The position numbers and the translations under genes are program-made. From Candidatus Babeliales bacterium (lineage in GTDB: Bacteria > Babelota > Babeliae > Babelales > JANWKD01): 64,000 bases of DNA. Of the stretch, positions 47,881-56,706 are shown piece by piece (positions within the stretch are counted from its first letter, which is position 1; every line of letters starts with the position of its first letter). The stretch covers positions 192,001 through 256,000 of the forward strand of contig CAVXJH010000003.1 in assembly GCA_963762115.1 (NCBI GenBank). The letters run 5' to 3'. The notes under the pieces were generated by a model. That model did not search any database. It was not told where the DNA came from and was given only the letters and a program-made list of their open reading frames with translations.

Positions 47881-48902
47881 AAATTTGTGCTTTCTAGAGT
47901 GTATTCAGGTTTTAATAAACTATATGCTTGCATATAAAATTCTTTTTTTTTGTTATTGGCATCTACATCAATAGCTTTCCCTAAAGAAATATTGTTAGAT
48001 TCTTGCTTAAATATACTTGTCACTTTATGTTGAAGGTAATCGTAGGGGGTAGGAAAGCAAGAAGTTCTTCTATTAAAGACTTTGCCACTGGGTGTATGTA
48101 TGAGAGCCGTGTTATGATAAAGGACTTTACCGCTTGATTCGCATACTTCATTATAAAGTGGCGCTTGTGCATCAACCAATAAGGATAATTTTCTTAACGC
48201 GTCTGCACGCAATTTTTGATCATGTATATCTTCAAAAGTTTTAACAAAATTGCCAACAAGTTGGTTAGTATCATGTGGTAATCCATGTTTTAAAAGTAAT
48301 GCAATTGCTTCAGAAGGGGCTTGTGTTTCATTAAGACAATATTGAAATATCAAGGATTGCGAATCAATTGTCGTATACTCACAGAGTTCCAAATTTTTTT
48401 TAAAGGATTGTTGAAAGGCTTTTTTGAAAACATCTAAAATTATTATTGTTTTTTTGTTATGATTATTATCGTGTTCTAAATTGCTTTGCATAGCAGAAAT
48501 AACTTCTACTTTATCTTCTGATAACAAATGAATGTTCTTTGGCGAATAAACAATATCAGCAGCAACTTCTTCACAATTTTCTGGAGATAGATTTAAGTTT
48601 TTAATAAGAGTTATAAGAGTATTTTTTGGCTGATAAGATTCAAGAGCGCTTATAAAAAGAGGGTTGTTTAGTTCTTCTGGTAATGGGTATTGTGTAAGCT
48701 GCTCAGATAGATTTTCCTGTTCTTGCTTGAAAAATGCCAGCATCGTTGTCTTCAATAAGGATTTTGGTTCAAATTTTACTGCTTGGGTTTGCTCCGCACG
48801 CTTCTCATTTTCTCTTTGTTTCTTTGGCTTTGCATTATCACTTGCATAGAGAGGTAAAAAATATATATATGACAATAATACTAATAAATTTTTTCTGTTC
48901 AT
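47877..48902 (-). CDS. Secreted hypothetical protein, tandem paralog A (SOCS-box-like N-terminal motif)
   Basis: Signal MNRKNLLVLL...LYA; shared KHGLPHDT..LVGNFVKTFEDIHDQKLR block. Confidence 0.82.
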   Translation of the reverse strand: MNRKNLLVLLSYIYFLPLYASDNAKPKKQRENEKRAEQTQAVKFEPKSLLKTTMLAFFKQEQENLSEQLTQYPLPEELNNPLFISALESYQPKNTLITLIKNLNLSPENCEEVAADIVYSPKNIHLLSEDKVEVISAMQSNLEHDNNHNKKTIIILDVFKKAFQQSFKKNLELCEYTTIDSQSLIFQYCLNETQAPSEAIALLLKHGLPHDTNQLVGNFVKTFEDIHDQKLRADALRKLSLLVDAQAPLYNEVCESSGKVLYHNTALIHTPSGKVFNRRTSCFPTPYDYLQHKVTSIFKQESNNISLGKAIDVDANNKKKEFYMQAYSLLKPEYTLESTNL

Positions 48903-49005
48903 TATAATAACTTTCAGAACAATAAGAATCATTTGTAATTTTAAAAGGTGAATCTTATTGTATAGTAAAATTTTGGGAAAGAACAGTTAATGATTGTCAT
49001 CTTGA

Positions 49006-49033
49006 ATGTCTGATAATGTTTATTATGTAAAAA
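49006..49033 (+). other. Putative chromosomal dif site (XerCD target)
   Basis: ATGTCTGATAA-TGTTTA-TTATGTAAAAA versus E. coli dif GGTGCGCATAA-TGTATA-TTATGTTAAAT; intergenic; at an apparent GC-skew switch. Confidence 0.75.
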
Positions 49034-49168
49034 TTATTCTACTTGATTAACTTAAAATCTTTTAATAATGAATTATTAATTAATTACTTTTTGTCCCGAA
49101 CCAATAAACGTCATTCTCAATAATACAAAACAACTATACCAATACACGGCATATAAACAGAATGAATT

Positions 49169-50836
49169 TTATAAAACAGATTGTATTCGCCGCTGCGTAG
49201 CAAAAGATACTGACGAAAACAAATTTATAGATGATGAATTAACCTTATCAGTTTTTAATTGCAAAAACATCTTATCAACCACATACTCAACCGCATGTGA
49301 AAGATCTAAAAAATAAGGATGCACACTAGAATTATTACATAACCTATATACTATGCTATGCAATAACTCTAATAACCAATCAAAATCTTTCCCAAAATCA
49401 TAGGAAATATCCATTTTAATACTACCTAATTCCTTAAAACGATACAGGGCATGCAACATAAACAGCGCACAGCGCATATCTATTGTGCCTAGCAATGTTT
49501 TTGTATGCCATTCCTGTGTTGACTGCAATCTTACCGTTGCTTTATAACATACCTTTAATAATTGCTCTCGCGTAAAATTTTCACCAAATTCACTCAATAT
49601 TAAAGCAACAAATCCCGTGATAAGTGCTGTAGCAATTGATGTACCATGAAAAAAACCATATTCAATAGCAGGATCATCAGTCAATGTTGTACTTATAATA
49701 TTAAAACCTGGCGCTACAATTTTTGGACCTATAGAATGCTCATATTGAGAAAATGATGCAATTGAATATGTATTATTACCATCAAAGGAAAATGCTCCAA
49801 CGTCAAAGGCAACTGACGGTAACCGGGCTGGATATGCCTCATGCCTAACGGCATGAGCATCAGCGCAATTACCTGACGCAGCAACAACATAGGGGATTTT
49901 AGCAATAATCCTTTCAATTGCATGAGAAATCTGATCATCATGTTGCCAGCAATCTGAAATCTTAAGACTTACGTTTACTAAAGGTATTCCTAAAGTATGA
50001 ACTTTTTTTAATGCTTGTAATAAAGTTCCTTTATTACTGCAACCATAGTCATCAAAAGCTTTAATTATAATAATTTCAGCATTAGGTGCAAGGCCAAGAG
50101 GACCAAAAATGGGATGCTCACGTGCACCAATTACTCCACAAAGTGCCGTGCCATGTACTGCCATACCAAAAGTATTTTTGGTAATTGGTAATAATTCTAA
50201 AAGAGTATGTTTATCGTGAGTAGGTATTTTTATTGAAGTAAAAAATCGCTTTTTATCATAACTATCAAGAATTTTTATAAAGTCATTTATAAACTGAACA
50301 TTATAACACTCATGCTTTTTTAAAAAAATAATAAGTGAATCAATAGTTTTACAACAACAATATTCATGTAAGGAAATTATAATTACTTTTTCACATTCTG
50401 GTAATAATGCATGACTATGCTTACTTACCCTATCAGTAAGATTTGTTACAATTTCTTGCATAGCATAATTCATAAAATTCAAAAAATTTGGCACAAAAAA
50501 GAAATGATGATTTAGTTGAGGATGCAATTCATAATCTCCTGGACTTATTTTGCGTAAGGCGATGCCCGTATCGATGATTGCTATTTTTACCCCCTTCCCT
50601 TTCTTAGGGGCCAATTGCCACAAGCTAAAAAAATGAGGAATAAAAGAAGAAACAGGCACTTCATCTTTACGCAAACCAATCGTAGGAATTTTTTGATGCC
50701 AAAAAAAATACTTTTTTTCTGGATGTTCCTTAGTAGTTGTCATCAATGATGAAAGCTGCTTTGCCGTAAACACGGTAGCATTATTAAAAAAAATACTGAG
50801 CAATACGATACTCAATAAATACTTAATTTTATTCAT
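49169..50836 (-). CDS. Secreted subtilisin-like serine protease (S8)
   Basis: IAIIDTG, HGTALCGVIGA, AASGN, GTSIAT catalytic motifs; signal peptide. Confidence 0.88.
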   Translation of the reverse strand: MNKIKYLLSIVLLSIFFNNATVFTAKQLSSLMTTTKEHPEKKYFFWHQKIPTIGLRKDEVPVSSFIPHFFSLWQLAPKKGKGVKIAIIDTGIALRKISPGDYELHPQLNHHFFFVPNFLNFMNYAMQEIVTNLTDRVSKHSHALLPECEKVIIISLHEYCCCKTIDSLIIFLKKHECYNVQFINDFIKILDSYDKKRFFTSIKIPTHDKHTLLELLPITKNTFGMAVHGTALCGVIGAREHPIFGPLGLAPNAEIIIIKAFDDYGCSNKGTLLQALKKVHTLGIPLVNVSLKISDCWQHDDQISHAIERIIAKIPYVVAASGNCADAHAVRHEAYPARLPSVAFDVGAFSFDGNNTYSIASFSQYEHSIGPKIVAPGFNIISTTLTDDPAIEYGFFHGTSIATALITGFVALILSEFGENFTREQLLKVCYKATVRLQSTQEWHTKTLLGTIDMRCALFMLHALYRFKELGSIKMDISYDFGKDFDWLLELLHSIVYRLCNNSSVHPYFLDLSHAVEYVVDKMFLQLKTDKVNSSSINLFSSVSFATQRRIQSVL

Positions 50837-50964
50837 TTTAACCTCATTAGTTAATGTTACTAATGCCTTTGCTTGTAAGCAATATTTCACGCTATAAACA
50901 GTTTGTTGAAAATTTTATTGTCTAATTGTTAATATTTATAGAGAGTTTATAATACCTTGAAAGG

Positions 50965-51636
50965 ATGCTTATGCAAAAAAAAATGACTTTATACTTAATA
51001 ATAGCAGCAATTTTTATATTGCCTCACTGTAAAAACATACAAGAACCCACTATTAAGGAAACAATACAAGAACTTTATACGGGTATTTCAGGATTCGGCA
51101 TCTCACCAGAAGATAGTAAGGTTTTTGCATCATTAGAATGTGCTTCAACCTATGGGGAAATTACTTTTGAAGCAGTAAAAACGTTAACTGAAAAATTAAA
51201 TCTTAAAGATTCAGATGTTTTTTATGATCTTGGTTGCGGCGTTGGGAAAATGGTTATTCAAGTCTATTTAAGTTCCCCCGTAAAAAAAAGTATTGGTATT
51301 GAACTTTCTTCAGAACGGGCAGACAAAGCAATCAAAATCCAACAACAACTAAACCAAAGCAATAAGATTGCTAAAGAAAGAACATTGGCCTTTTATAAAG
51401 AAAGCTTTTTAGATGCCAATCTTGATGATGCCACCGTTGTTTATTTGGCTTCAACATGTTTTCCTGATGAACTTATGAAAAAGATAACTGAGAAGCTAGC
51501 CACCCTCAAAACGGGATTACGGGTGATAACCCTTAAAAAGTTGGCTGAAAATGCAAAATTTAAACTCGTTGATGAATTTATTCTACCGATGACTTGGTCA
51601 GATAGTACCAATGCCTACCTTTATGAGCTGATTTAA
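50965..51636 (+). CDS. DOT1-like SAM-dependent methyltransferase with export signal
   Basis: TYGEI, DVFYDLGCGVGK, GIEL, ATVVY..STCF, RVITLK, TWS; hydrophobic leader ending ILPHC. Confidence 0.8.
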   Translation: MLMQKKMTLYLIIAAIFILPHCKNIQEPTIKETIQELYTGISGFGISPEDSKVFASLECASTYGEITFEAVKTLTEKLNLKDSDVFYDLGCGVGKMVIQVYLSSPVKKSIGIELSSERADKAIKIQQQLNQSNKIAKERTLAFYKESFLDANLDDATVVYLASTCFPDELMKKITEKLATLKTGLRVITLKKLAENAKFKLVDEFILPMTWSDSTNAYLYELI

Positions 51637-51673
51637 AAAAAAACCACCGCATTGATCGAAATCAATGCGGTGG
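51635..51673 (-). terminator. Intrinsic terminator (minus strand)
   Basis: 13-bp stem CCACCGCATTGAT / ATCAATGCGGTGG with a U9 tail on the minus strand only. Confidence 0.85.
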
Positions 51674-51728
51674 AAAAAAGGAGAGTAGTAATGAAGCCTA
51701 ATTAAAATCAGTAAAAAGTTACTGATAG
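51635..51728 (-). ncRNA. Candidate small regulatory RNA (about 90 nt)
   Basis: TTGACA-16 nt-CATAAT promoter (51734-51761), 5' 8-bp hairpin, unpaired CUACUCUCCUU, terminator. Confidence 0.4.
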
Positions 51729-51887
51729 TTAGTATTATGAAGCGTATCATAATAATGTCAAATATTCTGAAAAATTTAATAGTGTTAAATCACTATAAAT
51801 AATGCACTTATTACTAGTAGGTTATATCCTTTTTTATTGTCTGTCAATAGTACCTAAAATGAAAAACATACTCATAGGGGAAACATT

Positions 51888-52961
51888 TCACATTGTCAAT
51901 TTTATATGCTGAGTATCATAGGTCAGCAAAAAATCCTCAAAAAGGCCTTTTGCTGATGGAGAAGTGAAAAAGAGTTGGTTTTTGAGGCTTTGTAAAATGC
52001 CAAGCAGAATTTTACTTTTCAGAGGGTCAAAATCGGTCATAAAATCATCTAATAAAAAAATTGCTGAACCATTATGTTGAAGTATGGTTTGCATTTGAGC
52101 AATTTTTAAAAGCATAAGAATAAGTTTTTGCTGTCCTCGTGAAGCAAAAGAACGAGACATCTTATGACAAAATTCTATGGAGATATCATCCAAATGAGCA
52201 CCGAACAGTGACCGTCTATAACGTTGCTCAAGAAGAAATAAATCATGGCTACCATCCATAAACAAATCGAATGATGTCGCTTTCGTTTTTTTCTGTTGAT
52301 AATCAAAATGTATAGTTATTGATTCATTAAACCAATCTGCCAATAAAGTATTAGTACGATTTTGTAATTCTTGTAACAATTCAATTCTATATTTTTGGAT
52401 AATACATGATTGTTCCCACAATTGTTGTGTCCAAATAATGAACACATCTCGTGCAAAAGAACCTTTATCCAGCAATGCATTTCTGCTATCAAGAATATGG
52501 CGATATCGTTTGAGATGCATAATAAATTCAGGAAATTGCAAGGAAACTGCTTGGTCAATAAATAAACGTCTGATTTCAGGGCCGCCCTTAATCATAGAAA
52601 GATCATCTTCGGTAATGGTAATTATTCGATATAAATGTGCTAAATCTTTATATGAAGTAATTACTTTTTCATCAATTTTAACCAATCGCTTTTTACCTGA
52701 AAAACCAATTTGCAGGTTATAGTCTAACTGATCACCCTGCATTTGCATTTTAATAAAGAAATTATCAGCTTCAAAATGAATAAGTTCTCGAGGAAGATGC
52801 GTGCGAAATGAACGTAAATAACAACCATAATGAATTGCTTCTAATAATGATGATTTTCCAGAGCCATTTTCTCCGGAAATTAACACAAGCGGTTTTTCAA
52901 TGTTCAAGGAGACATCTTCAAAGCAGCGAAAATTTTTTATCTGAATATGATTTATGCGCAC
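51888..52961 (-). CDS. recF: DNA replication and repair protein RecF
   Basis: NFRC, GENGSGKSS, GGPEIRR.FID, SRGQQK, LLDD. Confidence 0.94.
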   Translation of the reverse strand: MRINHIQIKNFRCFEDVSLNIEKPLVLISGENGSGKSSLLEAIHYGCYLRSFRTHLPRELIHFEADNFFIKMQMQGDQLDYNLQIGFSGKKRLVKIDEKVITSYKDLAHLYRIITITEDDLSMIKGGPEIRRLFIDQAVSLQFPEFIMHLKRYRHILDSRNALLDKGSFARDVFIIWTQQLWEQSCIIQKYRIELLQELQNRTNTLLADWFNESITIHFDYQQKKTKATSFDLFMDGSHDLFLLEQRYRRSLFGAHLDDISIEFCHKMSRSFASRGQQKLILMLLKIAQMQTILQHNGSAIFLLDDFMTDFDPLKSKILLGILQSLKNQLFFTSPSAKGLFEDFLLTYDTQHIKLTM

Positions 52962-52982
52962 AAAAATACCATCATAAAATAA

Positions 52983-54104
52983 TTAATTGTTGGTAGGAGA
53001 AACAGGCATCACCAAATATGTCATTGTATAAGTGTCCTGTACCGATTCAAAAATAATAGGTTTTGATGAGCTTTTTAAATAAAATTTAATTTGAACATCA
53101 GGAAAAGCTTGCAAACCATTTAATAAATAAGGTGCATAGAATCTAATATCAAGTTGCGAGCCAATAAAGCCATGCAATGGTAATGTTTCTTGTAATTTCC
53201 CTACTTCTTTGTTTTGCATAGCTACTTCTAAAAGCTCTTTATCAAAAGCAAATTTTGTTGCTAAAAACTGACCTGAAAGTAAACATGCTGAACGGCGCAA
53301 TGTTTTCACAAAATGTGTTCTATCAACAAGTGCCGGCATAAATTCATTTTTTTGCAGAATAGCTTGATAATGAGGAAATTGATCAACCAATAATTTGGTA
53401 AAGAAATTAAATGATTCACCAGAAAAAACTAGTTGATTACCGCAAATGCCAATAAAGATCATTTTGGTGGTATTATTTTCAAGAAGTTTTTTGATTTCGA
53501 AAATAGCGCGACGTGGCAACAACCATTTTTTTTCCACTTCCAAAGTAACCGTTGGTGTATGTACTTGAGCAAGACAATGGCCATCAGTTGTCGTCATGAT
53601 TAAGCCTTGTGATGAAATTTCTAATAATAAGCCATTAAGCGCAGGATTTGCATTATTTTGTGGAATTAAAAACGCAACCTTTTCAAGCATATCAACTAAA
53701 AACTGCGCATCAAGCTGCATAAGATTTTCAATCCGTTCAGGAAATGGTGGAAATGTTTCTGCATCTTTAATATTCAAAGAAAGTTGTACTTGATCAGATT
53801 GCAAAGAAAGTTGATTATCTTCAAAAGTGAAGGTTATTTGATCATATAATTCTTTCACTAAATCAAAAATACGTTTGCCTGAAACTAAAAAAGATTGTGG
53901 TTCAGCAATATCGCTGCTTTCAAGCATGCAATTCGATTGCAAACTAATTTCTAAATCAGTTGATTTCAAGATCAATTCACGATGTCCAATTTGAAATAAT
54001 ATTGATGCTGTTGTATCAAGCGTAGTACGTTTTGTGCATATTGGCTGCATAGAAGAAAGCATGCCGAGAATTGTTTTTTGATCAATAGTAAAAGTATGAG
54101 CCAT
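52983..54104 (-). CDS. dnaN: DNA polymerase III beta clamp
   Basis: STDLEI, TTDGHCL, FP.Y..I, YLVMPV; adjacent to recF. Confidence 0.93.
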   Translation of the reverse strand: MAHTFTIDQKTILGMLSSMQPICTKRTTLDTTASILFQIGHRELILKSTDLEISLQSNCMLESSDIAEPQSFLVSGKRIFDLVKELYDQITFTFEDNQLSLQSDQVQLSLNIKDAETFPPFPERIENLMQLDAQFLVDMLEKVAFLIPQNNANPALNGLLLEISSQGLIMTTTDGHCLAQVHTPTVTLEVEKKWLLPRRAIFEIKKLLENNTTKMIFIGICGNQLVFSGESFNFFTKLLVDQFPHYQAILQKNEFMPALVDRTHFVKTLRRSACLLSGQFLATKFAFDKELLEVAMQNKEVGKLQETLPLHGFIGSQLDIRFYAPYLLNGLQAFPDVQIKFYLKSSSKPIIFESVQDTYTMTYLVMPVSPTNN

Positions 54105-54209
54105 CGAAAATCCCTTGAATTTTTTTTATTCCTTATAAAGGAAATGAAGTATCTGCAGTATAAGTAATCAGTATACTAAACAAAAAGTTGCTGCGCAAAA
54201 TTATACTGA

Positions 54210-55214
54210 TTATATTTTAACATTAAAAGCACGAAGAATCCCCCAAGCATCACAAATCCCTATTCCTTTTTTATGTAATAACAAATATGAAGGGTTAATT
54301 ATTGGAGCAAATTTTTTCCAATATTGTTTTCTGCTATTCAAATGGAAGAGTCGTTTTGACATATTAAAAACATGTGGAGCTAAAAAAGTAGCTGCTTTTC
54401 CTAATCCTTCAATAGTTTTTAAATCGGAGGCAGGTAAAGTTCCAAATGAAAAATAAGGACATTTTTCTTGTCTTAACACCGAAAGAGTATGCAAAATAAT
54501 ATATTCAGAAGTATATTTTGGAGCATCTGAGGCATAAAAAAGTGCATTGATTGTCCAGCCATGAAAAAAATCCAAACGATTAAGAACAATAGCGCCTATG
54601 ATATGATCTTTCTCTTGCACATAAAAAAAACGTTTATTAGAGCGATGAGAAAAAATATCAACATTCATAAGTGATGTTTGCGGTCCTTTACGATCTTCTA
54701 ACCAATCATGACCCAACTTTTCCATAGAATGCTCAAGATGATTATTTTGACCACAATATTCATGGAAATGAAGATCAGTTTTTTTCAGAAGACCATATAT
54801 ATTACGCAATGCCGAAGCTTGCTTGCCACGCAATAATAAAGGGTCAACAAGTGGATCAACTATGATCTCATCGCCCATATTTAAAGCTGTTTTGATATAT
54901 CCTTGTGCGCAAGCCCATTGTTTAAAATTTTCTGAAGCAAACAAATAGATAATAGTTTTTTTCTGTTTAATAAAATGATTATGAAAAGTATCAACAAAGT
55001 GTGGTAAATCTTGTGAGCTGCATAAAGGATCACCAAAAACTAGAATGCAACCCGCTTCATCACGATAACCAATAATACCATCAACTTCTGATATATGAAA
55101 AATTTTACAAGCGGCATCCATTACCGCAATTGATGGCGCTCTGCCCCACTTTTCTATGTAAGGCGCTACTAAACGTTGCTCATTTTGTATACTAAAATAT
55201 TTTTCTTGTATCAT
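54210..55214 (-). CDS. Stand-alone MprF C-terminal-like (DUF2156) aminoacyl-transferase domain protein
   Basis: GDPL, GDEIIVD, LRN, W...RK, FSFG..P, L..RK.YWKKFAP...P.YL pattern. Confidence 0.7.
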   Translation of the reverse strand: MIQEKYFSIQNEQRLVAPYIEKWGRAPSIAVMDAACKIFHISEVDGIIGYRDEAGCILVFGDPLCSSQDLPHFVDTFHNHFIKQKKTIIYLFASENFKQWACAQGYIKTALNMGDEIIVDPLVDPLLLRGKQASALRNIYGLLKKTDLHFHEYCGQNNHLEHSMEKLGHDWLEDRKGPQTSLMNVDIFSHRSNKRFFYVQEKDHIIGAIVLNRLDFFHGWTINALFYASDAPKYTSEYIILHTLSVLRQEKCPYFSFGTLPASDLKTIEGLGKAATFLAPHVFNMSKRLFHLNSRKQYWKKFAPIINPSYLLLHKKGIGICDAWGILRAFNVKI

Positions 55215-55311
55215 GATTTATACCTTTACAAAATCTAACAGGTAATGATAAAGTAACCTTGATTGTAACAAAAAAAATTTAGAAAAAACTAGTAAAAAAA
55301 TAAGGAGCACT

Positions 55312-55887
55312 ATGAAATCACGTTTGTTTTTGTTGGCGTTACTGCCATTTTCTATTATTGCAATGGAAAAAAAAGAAAAAAACTTTGAAGCAATATATAA
55401 TACATTCAAAATGGATGCCATGAGACAACTATCAGCAGAAGAAAGAAATGCAATTAGCTTAGATGAATATAAAGCAAATAGAGAAGCAGGCGTTAAGGCA
55501 TTAGAAGTTTTTGCTCGGAATACAATAACTTTAGCATATAAAGATAAACCAATTAGCGAACAAAAATTTTTAAAAAAATCTAAAAAATATGCAGAGCAAG
55601 TCATTTATTTACGTGATGTTACTGTTGGACTTGCAAAAATTGATGTTGTTGATGAAATAACAGCCAAAGTTTATGCATTAAATTTATTGCCAACAGAAGA
55701 AAGAAAATATTTGCAATGTGAAGGCTATCGTTCCGATAAAGATAAAGCACTTCAAGCGATACAACATTATGCACAGCTAACTGGTGAAGAGCTTGAAAAA
55801 AAGAAATTATTAACAACTTCTAAAGAAGAATACGCACAAAAGTTTATTGAAGAAAAAGTAAAAGAACTTAATGCTTTATGGCTATAA
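55312..55887 (+). CDS. Secreted repeat protein, tandem paralog 1
   Basis: AGGAG RBS; LLALLPFSIIA-ME; repeat unit IDVVDE...GYRS...TSKEEY. Confidence 0.82.
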   Translation: MKSRLFLLALLPFSIIAMEKKEKNFEAIYNTFKMDAMRQLSAEERNAISLDEYKANREAGVKALEVFARNTITLAYKDKPISEQKFLKKSKKYAEQVIYLRDVTVGLAKIDVVDEITAKVYALNLLPTEERKYLQCEGYRSDKDKALQAIQHYAQLTGEELEKKKLLTTSKEEYAQKFIEEKVKELNALWL

Positions 55888-55901
55888 AATAAGAGAAGCT
55901 T

Positions 55902-56531
55902 ATGAAATTAAAATTCTGTCTTTTGGCGTTACTGCCATTTTCTATTATTGCGATGAAAAAAAAACATGCAATTCGTTTGATAAATAGAGGTGCAATAGAT
56001 TGGCATCAATGGGATGTACATAATGAGGAAAATTTAGCATATAACTTATTATCAAGTGAAGAAATACAATGCTTATCAAAAGAAAATTACCGTTCTGATA
56101 CAAATAAAGCAATGCAGGTAATACAAAAGTGGGCAAAACTTGCTGGCAATAGACTTAAAAAAGAATCCTTGTTAGCAACTTCAAAAAAAGAATATAAACA
56201 AATGTTCTTCAAAAAGAAAGTAAATGAATTTAATTGTCTTTATGGTTCATCAGCTATCAATTGGTTAGAACAACCCATTGATGTTGTTGATGAAAAATCA
56301 GCTAAAATACATGCAATGAGTGTATTGGCATACGAAGAAAGAAAATTATTACTTCACGACGGCTATCGTTCCAATAGAGATAACGCTTTTCTAGCGATAC
56401 AACATTATGCACAGCTAACTGGTGAAGAGCTTGAAAAAAAGAAATTATTAACAACTTCTAAAGAAGAATATGCACAAAAATTTATTGAAGAAAAAGTAAA
56501 AGAGCTTGATTCTTTATGGCTTTCAAAATAA
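55902..56531 (+). CDS. Secreted repeat protein, tandem paralog 2
   Basis: Same signal peptide core (IIA-MK); two copies of the approximately 95-aa unit. Confidence 0.82.
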   Translation: MKLKFCLLALLPFSIIAMKKKHAIRLINRGAIDWHQWDVHNEENLAYNLLSSEEIQCLSKENYRSDTNKAMQVIQKWAKLAGNRLKKESLLATSKKEYKQMFFKKKVNEFNCLYGSSAINWLEQPIDVVDEKSAKIHAMSVLAYEERKLLLHDGYRSNRDNAFLAIQHYAQLTGEELEKKKLLTTSKEEYAQKFIEEKVKELDSLWLSK

Positions 56532-56706
56532 TTTTAGCCTATACTTATTCTTAACATTTTTCACATACCTTTATTTAATAAAGTTTAAAACTATGAAATA
56601 TATCCTTTTTATTTTTGCACCACCTCATTTTCCCGCATAGGGTAGTATTTGTTGTATCAAAAACAGTTATTATGAGTAAGTTCAAAGATTAAAGAGGATT
56701 TTTTTT

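Noticed and set aside
51679..51705. Strong RBS AAGGAGAG plus MKPN* mini-ORF on the + strand
   Set aside because: Only four codons and no evident promoter; better explained as the complement of the candidate sRNA seed
51888..54210. oriC near dnaN-recF
   Set aside because: No dnaA and no TTATCCACA-type box cluster seen; the skew direction and dif-like site indicate a terminus
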